Positions 36,674-49,800 of a stretch of DNA of 64,000 bases are shown here, in pieces. This DNA is from Amoebophrya sp. A120. Its lineage: Eukaryota; Protista; Dinoflagellata. The notes under the pieces were generated by a model. The model did not search any database. It was not told the origin of the DNA and saw only the letters and a list, made by a program, of their open reading frames with translations. Made by a program: the position numbers and the translations under genes. Positions within the stretch are counted from its first letter, which is position 1. The number at the start of each line of letters is the position of its first letter. The stretch spans positions 1,457,341 through 1,521,340 of the forward strand of contig CAJINV010000007.1 of NCBI GenBank assembly GCA_905178155.1, in the 5' to 3' direction.

Positions 36674-39600
36674 GAAGCTGCAAATTGTTCGTAATCAGTA
36701 ACAGTAGCTACGAATAAAGACGAGCAAGATGAGGATGATACGGATCGAAACCAGCGGCGCTACCACGGGAGCATGGATGCGTCATCCAGCAAGAATATCA
36801 CCAGCACCTTCCTCTGTCTTGACCCAGCACTTTCTATTATAGGGATACAAGGAGTCGAGTTGAAGATCTCGATGGATAAGTGAAAACTACTTACCCAAAG
36901 AAAAATATAGCTGCCTCGTTCTTGTAATGTCTGAGAATGGAGGCCGCCTGGAGTGAAGCTTATTCGCTTTATTTTACCAGCATTTCCCCGGTTTTTGAGT
37001 TTTAGCCTCGCGTCACTGGAGAAGGAAGATGGCAGTGTGGTTCGAAATTCTCAAACAACTACGTGCTGGCCGCTAATGAGCTATGTACCAGGGGGAGGTT
37101 GCTGTAGTGTATCTTCTTGATATGTATGATATATGCCCTTTGTCCTGCATTCTTCACTCAGTCTTGGTCCTGCGAAAAGGAAGACTTCAATACCGAGATT
37201 TAGAAACTTGTACTTGTTTCGACTTGAGGGACCTCCGAAGAATTGCTTTCTTGTAGCTCAACCTGTTTATTCTATGATTTAGATTTTTAGTATGCTGCAC
37301 TTTGAATATACGAAAATATTGATGTCGAGCACAAGCAAGATGGGTTTTTATTGAAGTTTCCTTGTGATCTTTCCGCGGGCCTTTTTTGTGTCAGCTATAG
37401 ATCTTCCACTCTTAGCACGCATAGCACGTATGACGTTTCGAAAAAGATACAAAAAACAATGAGGATCAGCACTACTAGACAGACACTTGCGAGCAGGTTC
37501 CTCTGTGTGCACGTGTATTTATTATTTCTACAAGTACTATCACGGCACTGGCATAATATTGCAGCATATTTTTTTGAGAAAATCCAAATCGTAACGCACC
37601 CGAATCGCAGCTGTATCGATCTACATCTATTGGTACATTTTGCAAGAACCAGTAACAACATGAACTTTGTTGTAGGACAGCCTACCCGGGGTTCATGCAA
37701 CAAACTCACTGTCTACATTAAAAGACGCGGCTGCGCGCGATACTTTCAGTTTCTAACAGTTTCTGCTGCAGAGTCTGCAACAACAAAAAAATTAGGCCGA
37801 TTTCTATCACTATCCGACTCACAAGAGGAAAAAAAGTCTGATACAATGGCAGTCTTGTTTTAAAACGTTTTTGACACTTTTGGATATAGTGCCGCGACGA
37901 GAAAGATTTAAATTTAATGTTAATTTGCTTCTCGAACAGCCTCCGGAGATCTCCACAGTAGGTCCTCGCCGTGGTCACATTCAAACACACGCAACAGATG
38001 AAGCCGGTGCTTGGGTGTCTTCTTCACTCTCGCGTGCGCACTCTAAGCGATAGGATGCAGCTTCAAGAGGCAGCACATCAATTTTCTCGTCGCGGCAAAG
38101 AATAAAGAAAATCTCCATGAATAAAATAAATGTAAGCAATTCGTGCTACTTTATTGGAAGTAGAAATAATTATTCTCAAGCGGAGAATCTGAATAGGATT
38201 TTTCACTTGTTTTTTCGGACCAAAACAGACAAAACAACTACGCGGGCTTTGCTAGCAAGGTCGGCGAACTGGAACAATTCTTTCATGCGTATGCAAATAG
38301 CAAGCACTAAAATAAAAACAAAAAAAATTCCGCGCATAGGAATCCGTTCTTGTTCGTACTACCTGCTTGGCATGGTACCTGTACTATCGGAGTTCTATTT
38401 TTCCTCACAGACATCTCATCAAAGAAGCAGCTAGGGCGTATACACCTGCCACTGACAGCAGCCGCCATTTTGAATTTTACTAGAATAATCATTTTTTCTC
38501 AATTATAGTTGTGCTACAAGTTCTGGAGCACTTCTAGTAGAGACAAGCGGTCTCTACTGCGGAAAGCTGTCACGGCTTTTTAGTAAAAAAACTGCAGTCT
38601 GGCGCGCAGCCGATAGGGTCTATTTGACGATGTTGTTGAACAGAACGGTGCAGTAGACAGCGGGAGCCGGCTCACCTTGATTTCGGTTGATGTACGGTTC
38701 CTTCCTCTGCAGCGCAGTTTATGATTAACCATCGCTCTGTATTTCCCCTGACCTTCTCAGGACCTGCTCCGAGCCACAGACATTACAGGCATTGAAAACT
38801 GTTGCAGCACAGCGCTATGACTATGAGCCAGTTTATTTTACAGTTTATTGATGAAAATCGAAGTAGTTATTCAAGATAGTACAACTCACACTCAGTTGCT
38901 GGATGATATTAAGTTCTCAGAAAAGTTTTCATGATTTTAAGATGACAAGCGGTCTCTACTCACTGCGATGTTGAGTCGACAAGCGGTCACTCCGCACGCT
39001 CAACGATGTTGCAAATAGGACCGCCGCTCGATAAAAAAAACATAGTGCCAAAAATTCTATTCCAATTGCGAATACAGTCAAATTTATTCATCGAGAACTC
39101 CTTACAGAGATTTATTATGCTGTATTTCACATGACTGACCACCAAGAATATACAAGAAACAAGACTCAAAATAACAAGACACAACAAGAAACCTGGAGAC
39201 AAAAATCGACAACAAAACTACGCAACAACAGCACAGGCGACATGTCATCGAGGACATAGCACCACACTATGCAACGTGACATTCACAGGCCCATAAGATA
39301 GGATAGAATCATCAAAAGACTCTGCTCCTAGCATAGCCATGCCCTCTCCACAATTCAGATATTACAGAAGATTTTATCATAAAACCACACAGTAGAGCAC
39401 TTTATCGAAGACTAGGGACGATCGATGATCACGGAGTTTTAACACACTTACAAATCACCCACAGCAGCACCTGGTCGTCGTTCCCCCAGTCTTCCGGAAC
39501 AAAAAAGAGCAAACTGCATCAATGGTCGAAAGGATCTACGTACTTTTTCCTAGGAACGGTCCGACCCTCGATGAATTTCTAGACTTCCTCTCTTTGTGTT

Positions 39601-42600
39601 GACTATATTTTTTTTTGAGATTCCATATCCTTTTGACAGCATGATACCAGAAGAAGAACTACACCAACCCTGCCACAATAAAAGCCTGCCTATTTTTACA
39701 AAAGGAATTTTTGGGTCTCATGAAGCAAGCGGCTTCGGATCTGGGTTTGATGGATTTGATGACTGTCGTCCAGAATGACCTAGATTCAACAGAAATAGAG
39801 GAGTTTTTTCTACGCTAGCTGCTACACAAAAGTGCAACATGATGCAAATGAAACGATACTAAGAACAGAACAATAACGAATCTGAAGAGAAGATGTGATC
39901 GCGAGACGAACGGTCGAAGGTTTTAATTTTTTCTTCTTCGCCCCTCAAACGGGATATTTTATTATACGAAACGGTACTAGTTGCGGCATATTGGGGTTTG
40001 TGGTGCAGTAGTACGAGCCCCCCCAGTCGCGCGTTATTTTTGCATTAAGTACCAAATATACTTTTTCTCGCTGCAAAAAAAAATATTTTTTTTGATGTGG
40101 CAAGATGAGACTATACAATTGCTCGACTCAGGCCTTGCTCATGATCACATAAGAATCTAACTGCGGGATAGGACCTATTAGTCTCGTAGGTAGTTGTCCT
40201 TCTCGCGAGGACGACCACAATATTAAGGAAGGTGGATATTCAATATGGGCCGCGCGGAGCAGCATAATCTTCACCGATTATGGCTGACAAAGGAAACTGA
40301 TATTTTTTTTCAAAAAAAAGAATGCGATAGTATTAAGCAAGGAGAACACAAGGTTTTCGAATAAATGCAATAGTACTATATCGCTGTTAGAAATGAAGAG
40401 CTGCAGCTTGATTGTTGATGTACAAGAAAAATGCACAATTGTCAACAAACGCGAAAATGACGTGAGCACTAATACATATCGAAGATGAGTTTTAAATGGG
40501 AAGAAAGGGCACCGTGGCTGCAGTTGTTGCCCAGTAGTTGTAGCAACACAGTCACGTTTGCTTTCTACCTGCTTCTCTCTCTACTGCGATTTCAACATTA
40601 CCCGTTGGAATCCTATTTAGTTGATACATAATAAAACAATCTGCAGCATGTTTTGGAGACCACGAAGAAGATGACAATGGGCCGCAAAAAGAAAAACTAT
40701 GCCACGACGTACACGTTATTAGATTACACTTTGCCAATTTTGGGATCAACAACAGTGCTCGTCGTGCTGTTGATGTGGCCGCCGCTAGCAGAAAAACCTG
40801 CAACTACACGAGAGGACTACAACGATTCACAGTCGGTATCGACGCTGAATCGACGTCGTTGGCTTTGTAATTTTTCAGATCCACTACCACTACAACCACC
40901 GTTACCCTTTGATGTAATAAAGACGACCAAAAAACAAGCTAAAGACAAATAAGGAGCCTCATGCGCGGAAAAGAAAGTCTCGAAGCGAGCTGGATGTGGT
41001 TCCGGTTCCAGATAGCAGGCACTTCATCAGCTTGCGCCTTCGTGACGCGAACGACCCATGTTGCGAAAAATACGACCGAAAGATGAAGAACACGACGAAA
41101 AAATAACTGCAGATTTTTTTATGCCGGCAGAGTAGTAGGAGAATACTTGACCGACTTTCTACTTGAAAGAACGGGCGACAATAACCAGGGTAGGAGGAGA
41201 ATACTTTGTATTGCCCTTACTTCCAACTATATTAGCTAAATGAGATGGAGGATCAGTGTTAGAAAATGATGAAAACTACACGATAAAGTCAAGCCAGCTC
41301 TTGTTTTGATATCAGAAAGATATGTAACTCTCTAGACCATATGATAGCATGCAGATTTTTATGACTCAAAAGAACAGATACAACTTCTATATTTCCACCC
41401 ACGCTCGCTCCACCTCGACGAAAATCAAAATCCACTATCAGGACATTAAGACCAACTTCTAGACGGAAATATCGACCACGGAAAGAGTTGCTCGACAACG
41501 GCCACACAAGAACTTCGACCAACACCAAAGTAAGTTGAATGTCTATAATTGTGTGGAGACTTGGGGCGCAGGTCTAGTACACCTTGTTTCATCAGATGGA
41601 GGGTAGCTTTATTTCATTCTGGTCACAAACACAATACTTATACTTCTAGTACCGCGGGACTGCATAGTAGATGACCATGGAGAAATAAATTCCCTTCAGG
41701 AAGAACAACAGCAACCTTGTTATGACTCGGATCTTGGATCATTGATGGTTAGAAGTAAGCAAAGGGAATAGAGAATTTTTTAGAGATTCGCAACCATATA
41801 ATTTTATCCAGAAAAATTATACCTGTACGATTTTTCGCACGCCTTCGAAGAAAAGCCAAAACAAAAAGCTATGCAACCACAACATTTGAAGTCATAATCT
41901 GAAAAGTCTGCGCATGTCATATCCAACATAATATGTTTCACTCAAGCGGAGTGCTTGTCTATAGTAACAGCATAGAAAATCTGATATCTTTGATAAGAGC
42001 CACTCAAGCGGAGTGTTTATTGTACAAAATTTCAAAGCCACCCGATCATTCCGGTCGTGTGCAAACAGGACCACAGCAGCCTCTTTTTTGTGGTGAGTAT
42101 GGAAGCAGGAAATTGGGCAAGAGTCCTCGACTGTGTGACTTTCTGCTTCTCTCAATTGCACAAAAAGGGCGCAGCTGTTGTTCTGGCATTGAATAGAGGC
42201 TTGTGTGGACAAAAGACAGCACTATCAGAAGTTCTTTATTATTTCAAAAAAGACTACCATGATTTCAAGTTCTTGAAGATTGAGGTTTCTCAAAGACCTC
42301 CCTCCCGAGGCTTTTGATTAGCGCAATTTCATTACTTTTGATTATTGGAAAAAAATCAAACAAAACCAGGCGTCTTTCGAAAACCGCCGGCCTCTTTCCT
42401 CGCTTTTTGAGGCGGCTCGCTTCATCTTGATGAGGCGGCACGTCGGGACCTCTCCTCTTGGCGTGTTTGTACACTGTTTTTGTGGTCGTGTTCAGATCAG
42501 AGGTGCTTATCCCACCTTCTCCTTCATGTAATTGGTCGACGTATTTGAATTTGATCGCAAAATGCAAATCCCGGTGTTTTTCGGTTTGGGGGGAAGTGCA

Positions 42601-43229
42601 TGGAAATCAATTCATGCGCTGCATAATAGCGAGGAGGTAATTGCAGGAGGCAGCTGCGAAATGGGAGCCTCTGGGGTGGGAGTAGTTCATTTGAACTGAT
42701 GTTGAAGAAAACTAATTCAGGCGACGAAAAATTCATCTTGGAATCGATCGTCCAGAAGGCTGCAGGCACACTGAGAGAAGCTGAAATTGTCGTGTTTTCA
42801 TTTTAGTCGAACAAATCGATTCGCTGTGCTAGTGCTGTCGCTTTCACATTCAATGTGGTCGTGGTGAAATAAAGCCCGTCAATGGTCGTGTCCCTAGTCC
42901 TGCTGTCATCTGAGCTTCCATTTGCTCCTTTGGAAAACAACAACATTCACGTGCCAGCGACTCCTAGATATGAATTACAGCTCGGAAGAAAACGTATCGC
43001 GATCGCGTCGTCTCCAATGTCATCATGTGCCCCTGCAGCATGAAGGAAGTCGAAGTACTCTATGTATTTTAGTGTACCCTTACATGGTTTAGGTTTTTTA
43101 TTTTTTCCAAGCAATATGATGCTCTTCCTTCTTTATCTTTTCTCCTCACGCTACTTACCATGAAATCGAAAACTGTACGAAAAATCGAATCGCACGTCCT
43201 GCTCGCAGAAGCCTCGTAAAAAGAACTTC

Positions 43230-46197
43230 ATGGCCCCCCTCCCCCCGTTTTTCGCTGCGATTGGGAAAGTTCTGGGCCCTCTCTCCGCCCGCGTAGTTGC
43301 CCCGGCCGTCACGCGCCTGGGATTGAACAAGCTCGGCGTCCTCGGCGCCGCTCGCGTGTCCGCCCGGCTCGCACCGTTTTTTCGCCGGAATGCGCTGCTG
43401 CTGGCGGAGCAGGGCCGGGAGCGGCAGTTTCTGGACAAGTTTGCGGAGGGTGGCGAGTTGTGGGCGAGCTTGAAAAAGTACGAGATTGCCCGGCTGAAAG
43501 CGCTCGCGGATCATCCTCAAGGCGCGGCCGGTCGTGCAGCAAAAGGTCGTCATGGGAACAAGATTTTCAGCACCGATCGTAAAAATGGAAGTGCTGATGT
43601 CACACTCGAGGCGGAGAAGCGGGTCGCTGCTGCGTTTCGGGACGCCGGTACCCGGGCTGCGGTGGAGGATTTCGGAAAGAGGAAAGGGCAGCCCTTGCAA
43701 GCACTCGCACGCTACAATCAATTTGTTGTGGAGAAGATACTCCCGGCGGAAGCGGGACTACAAAACACTCAAAATGCAGCCGGGGGATTGAAGATTGCGA
43801 AGAAGCGAACAAGTAGTAGAATGGCGGAAGAGGAACTTCTCCTGTCAAAAAAGAGTTCTACCACAGAAACATCGTTCTGGAATAGACCGCTTTTCAACTA
43901 CATGAGCGATAACCCCATCCGGAATTTTTTCAACCAGTCTCGCAACTTCTCCCCCGTTTACTCCGTCGCGAGACTACCCGCAGGACTACAAAATAACCTA
44001 CCCGGCGGAGGCGGCCAGCACAGCTTTGCTGGAGCGCAACATCCTTACAGAACAAACCCAAACACGTTCTTTCATCTTGCGCAGCAGCAACACCTGCACC
44101 AGACCGACCTTTTGGCCAAGGACGTCCACAAGTTGAAAACCGAGGCGCAGCTGTGGCATCTGCTTTACCGGACAACGCTATTGTTCCCGGCGGTCGCTGC
44201 GACGATCGTGGTCTTATCATCTCTCGAGAAGTACGAACTGCAAAAGTTGGTATTTAATACCGTACTTGCGGCATGACAGGTTTCAGCTCTATACCTGACT
44301 TTACATGACAAAATTAGATTCCATTCAATTTCAGGATTTGTTTCCCCGCTGGAAATAATGTAATGTTTGTCATGCAAAAATGCGTACTGAGCACAATAGT
44401 TTTGCTTTTGCAGTGCATAACCCGCAAGAAGAGAAGTTTGACGACCAGGAGAAGCGGTGGCGGTTTTGCTTGGTGTCACCGGGGCAGGAAAGGGAAGTCG
44501 GGAGAGAGGGGAGTGACCAATTGAAGCAGCAGTATCAGAAACTCATCTACAACTCGTCCCATCCGTTGCACAGAGAAATCGTGCGGGTGACGAATTCCCT
44601 CCTCCAACCGGACTGCTTGCCACAGGGGTTTCTCGACAAGCCCGCGGCGAAGGAGATCGATTGGCGCATCGCCGTCGTGGACGAGCCAGACACGATGAAC
44701 GCCATGGTGTTACCGGACGGGTATGTGTTTGTCTACACGGGCTTGTTGGAAAAGTGCGTCTCGGAAGACGAAGTGGCCGCGGTTCTGGGGCACGAAATCT
44801 CCCACGTTTTGCTCCGCCACGGCGCGGAGCAGCTCTCCAGCGGGAGTGTATTAGCCATCCCGGGAAACTTCTTGGAAATGTTCGCGTTTTTAATCGGCGG
44901 GTTCACCAGTGTAATCGCGAGCGTGTACGCGTCGAAAGTTTTGGGTGGGTTGCTCCTAGAACTCCCGCAATCCAGGTTCTGCGAACGGGAGGCGGACGAG
45001 TTAGGGTTGCGGATCTCCACATTAGCTGGGTACGACCCCTTAGCGGCGGCGCGGCTGTGGGCGCGGTTGGGGGATGAGGCGACCAATTCCGCCTTGCGAA
45101 AATACGTGGTAGAGAAGATTAAGGAGGAAGAAAACTACGGTTGTGGGGCGAGTTGTACTAGTTCGTCGGAAGGAGGTGTCATGAATGATGTTGACAAGGA
45201 GGGAGCCACGGACAGCACATTGTCGCAGGCAGCTTCATCATCCCGAAATAACTCTAAATCATCTTCCTTAGCAGGGCTAGGATCCGCCGTTTTTGGAGCT
45301 TTCGATCCGTTCGCCAGTCCTCACGCCGGGGGTATGGCGTTGCTGGGTGGAGCAGCTGCCAGTGGAGGCGCAGGTACACCTGCGGGAAGAGGAGGAACAT
45401 ATAGCGCTGGTTTTGAAACAGTCACTGTCATTCGTCCTGGAGATGAGAGCCTTATCCCCGGCAACGAAGCGACAACGCCCTTCGTGGAAGAACCAAATGT
45501 TGACTATAACCGACTTCTTGACGACCTGGAGTTTTTCAGCAATCGAGACCGCGCGAGGAGACGGAAAGTCGCGGTGCAAGACAGCCTGGCGACGCTGAGT
45601 CCGTATTTTTCCGGCGCATTTTTGGAGAGCGCAGGACTGCTTGGTCCAGCAGCGACCGTGCCGACGGAGGACGATACTAGCGAATGGTTTGAAAAATACG
45701 CCCGGAAAGTAGGGAGGAATTTCTTTTCGTGTTGCGATGTTGGGGCGCCGGCGGCCCCCGAAATTCCATTTTCTGAGACAAAGACGAGCATTCCACAACT
45801 CCCCTCCACGACCACAGTCCCTGAAGTTACGACACTAACCCCAAGCAAAGCGGCCCCCGCCGTTCCTCCCGAGTGGTTTTCCACGCACCCGAGTTACGAG
45901 AGCCGAGTGGCCTGTCTGCTGCAGCTTGGATTAGACTTGCAGAAGCATCCTTTCTACAGCACGCGGAGAAGACATCACAGCTTTGCCAGCAACCCCATGC
46001 TTTCGCTACGGCGGTTTCTGTCGCAAATGGAAAGTGGATTCTCACATCCCGGCGGAGGCTCATCGCGGAGAGCAGGGAACCAGACTGCCGACAACGCTTC
46101 CAGAACAGAGCTCGAGCGGTGGTGCGAGCACTTCCGCAGAAGGAGAAGAGACCAGGACCGGAAGCCAGGGCCTCTGTGGGTCTATCGAACTTCTTGA
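43230..46197 (+). CDS. Peptidase M48 family zinc metalloprotease (Oma1-like), ~924 aa, one introner
   Basis: NAMVLPDGYVFVYTGLL, AAVLGHEISHVLLRH (HExxH), EREADELG, WFSTHP; ORFs 43230..44276 and 44380..46197 join after removing 193 nt. Confidence 0.88.
44232..44419. mobile_element. Introner E14, decayed, family E/B-like ends (188 bp)
   Basis: Ends tacgaactgcaaaag / cttttgcagtgcata; flanks agaag/acccg no longer match, but element plus 5 nt restores the frame and the element alone does not. Confidence 0.78.
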
Positions 46198-46820
46198 CGT
46201 TGACTTCTGACCGTGGGTGGTGCACCCAGTGAAGATGGCACAAATATTTTTGAAGGAGACCTGAATTTGGGTAAGCACTAGCGACAACGTTTCGACCACA
46301 TGTAAGATTCCGTGCGATCGGGCCCGCAACAGTTGTGCGGACTTTGTAAAATCCAAAAGAACAAACGACTATGAAAATGAAAAACCACAAGTTTTTATGT
46401 ATTCATTACTGTTGAATATCGATATCGAACGAACTCTTTTTACGTTGTCGATTCTTGTTGAAGTAGACGACAATGTTCCTGGTTTGCTTTGTTCATCTTG
46501 TGCTAAGCCACTTGGCCGCACTGTTCTCTCATCTTCTATGGGTGATGAGCGAGCTCCAGCTCCCGAAGAATTCGAGCGGCATCTATCTTCAAAGAAGGCT
46601 ATGAATTTGCACTGCTGAGGTGAGAGAAGATGTTGACGCGTTTTGGTTCTAAACCTGCCATTCAGAGAGGAGATATTAACATAAACCGTTGCTGCAATTA
46701 GATTACTACATCTTCAACAAAGCTCTCGACGTCTCCTGTTCTCCTCGTCATGATCAGTGTGTAGAAAGATAAATTGTACCTTCTTCATACCTACGCAGCT
46801 TTTGAAAAGCGTAAATCAAA

Positions 46821-49800
46821 ATGAAGAAGCAGGCTCTCCTGAATGCACTGGACGCCACGGACCAGGCTTTCTTGCAGCAGGTGGAGTTCCGGTTAGGCGT
46901 TACGAAGAAGGAAATCGAGGAAGACGAGGAGGACGAAGTTTTGCAGCTCGCGGACTTGAAAGCCCTGGCCTGCGACGAGGAACGGGAGCGGGAATTTGTG
47001 AAGCGGTGCACTTCGACAGAGAATAGCAAAAACAAACCTTACTCCGCCGACGCACCGGAGACAAACAATGCCAGCGAGAACGCCGACAAGGCGTCGAACA
47101 AGGGCAGGCCACCACGGGTGTTCGAGTGCTTCGTGCCGGTGGATTTGGCAAGTTATCAAATCTCCATAGCAGGAGGAACAGGAAACAAAAACGGTGATAA
47201 AGGAGAAATAAATGCCGAGCAGGAGTTTTTGCAACGGATCGCGAGTGAAGGCGTGGACGTGGAATGCAGCCGGTTCTACGAGGGGAGATTAGAGCAGATA
47301 CTCGCTGGGGAACGGGCGTGGTCCACACCAATAGACGATGACTTTTCCATGGAAGAAGAGGGTGTGCCGCCAGGTGAGACAATCTGATTCGACGGATGAT
47401 TGCGCCACTCAGTATAGCAAAAAATGCTGCTTGATGTATTTGTATAGGGTTACTACAGCTGTAGTTTGTTGTGCAGCAAATTTGTCACTATCAGGTTCCC
47501 ACGTCAAGTCTCTCGTCGACAATTTCAATCGACGGACGGGCTACCTTATGCAATGCAAAAGCATCGTACTAGTATAAATCACATGACAAATTCCCTCAGC
47601 ATGAAAAATGGAATTTGTAATGCGGATTTAGGTTAAGAGGGAGATTTGTAATGCATGATTGCGATTACTACGAGTACGATACTTTTGCACAGGATATACC
47701 TAGCTCCCGCGCGAGCCACGTGCCCGGCATCCGATGGGAGTCTGCTGCACCTATCAAATGTAAAAATGTCTGGGTCTGGAAGATTGCCGGGTTTGTCATG
47801 CACATTTTGCACGACTCCTCAATTCTGTGACGCATGGCCTAGCATCACAGATTTTTAGAGGCCTTCCTGATGCCTATTCCGCATGACAGATGCTCTTTCC
47901 GTGCTGCAAGATTTGGACTCTCTTTGCTGCTGATGCAATACAGATTTTTTTAGAATCCAAAATCAGCATGACAAGTTGGATTCTTCCAGACCCAGACATT
48001 TTTGCATTTGATAGCACCAGAGAATGAGCAAAACGGGGGTCGTCCCGCGCGCCACCGCCCCACCGCGGTCCGCCCCGCTTTTGAACGGGGGCCGAGCGAC
48101 AACCGCTGCGAATAAAGTAACCCTCGCCCCGGTCGCGGAAGTAGATGATGAGAGCAGGGAGCAACAATCTTCGGTTCTCGAAGAAGTCGACCCTTTGAAA
48201 AGGGAAACGGTTACAGTCGATAGCTTTCTCGAAGGAACGGAGGAGGAAGAAAAAGCGGCGCAGCTGATCCAACTGAAATTTCGAAAACGGCAGCTGGCGC
48301 TGGGGAATAAACGACCAGAATCTACTTCCATATCATCTTCTTCAAAGCCCGGCGGCAGTACTGGTACTGCAGACGACAACCGCATCCCGTCCGTCGCGTC
48401 TGCCACGACCGCTGCACGATCGAGCTCGACCGCGAGCTCAGCGACGACGGCAATGGACGAGAACCTCCAGGACATTTCCACCTTCACGGCAGAAGAGCAC
48501 CAAGCGGCCACTAGCATCCAAAGGCGGTTTCGAAAGCAGAGGGCGTTCAATGAAAAAGAAAAAGATAGCAATAATATCATCAATCAGGACTCTTCCATGC
48601 TCTCCGTCGTGAGTAGCAGCTCTGGTGCAGGTGCAGCACCCTCCTCCGCCAGTTCTAGCAGCTCCTCCTCTAGTTCATCTGGGTCATCTTCATCTTCATC
48701 CGACGCTTCGAGTTCGGCCGCGAGTTCCGCGCAATCCTCCCCCCTCGAAGCAGAGAATTCCATCCTGATGGCAAACAACACCTCTAGAAGCAAAATCTCG
48801 CCCATCTCGCCCAAAGACAGCTCGGGCGCGGATGAGAGCCAAATTCTCGCGGATCTTTCGCTTGCGTTTGAATCGGCCAGGGGATCGAGCAGCTCCGAGA
48901 CACCAGCGTTCTTCAACAACAACGATATTAACCGCACGTCGAGCACCAGCGGAACTGCAACGAGGAAGAAAACGACCACTTTGCTGGCTTGCAAGGTGGT
49001 GCTGCAGCAGCCGTTTGTCACGTCCGACCGGAAGTATCTGTCGCAAGCATTCATTCCGGAATCGTACGACGCGATTGTGTTTGAAGACGAGGACGAGCCA
49101 CAGAACTGCGTCTACATGGTGCGAGACAAAAAGCAGGTGTTATATCCTACGTAAAAACGTCCCCACACCATAGTCAAGAAGGAAAATCTGCAACACAAAT
49201 CTCCAAGTTTTGGGAGTTCTGCATGACAAGTTTCCATCTGCAGTGTAGTGCTGGTTAGCAAGGAAAGCCGCATGAGAAAACCATTTGCTCATCCTGTTTA
49301 CAGCATTACAAATTCCAAAACACGACTGGCAATGCCTTTCAAGGAGATGCGCATTACAAATGTTCCTGTCATTGCGCATTTGCATGACAACTCTGGGGTG
49401 GGGACGTTTTTACACAGGATATGTTACCGCTGTACACCATCGCTTTGGAGCCGACCTTGAAGTCGGAGGAGGTGAACCACTTGAAGTGCCACAACTGCCG
49501 GGAAAAGGGAAAATTAGACACCGACTCCGTCTATCATGTGCAAATATGTCTGGGTCTGGAAGAGTCATGCTGCTTTTGCATGACACAGAAGGTCTGGCAT
49601 GGAAGCGCTAGCATCACAGCTTTCGAGAAGCTTCCGCAATGCCGAACCCGCATGACAAATGCCCCACTCTGGTGACAGAAAGTGGGCAGCTTTTTCTGCC
49701 TAGTATGCATGAGAGATTTTACCGTGTACGTGTTGTGAAATGCGCATCACAAGTTTGCACTCTTCCAGCCCCAGAAATATTTGCAATGCATATCGTCTGG

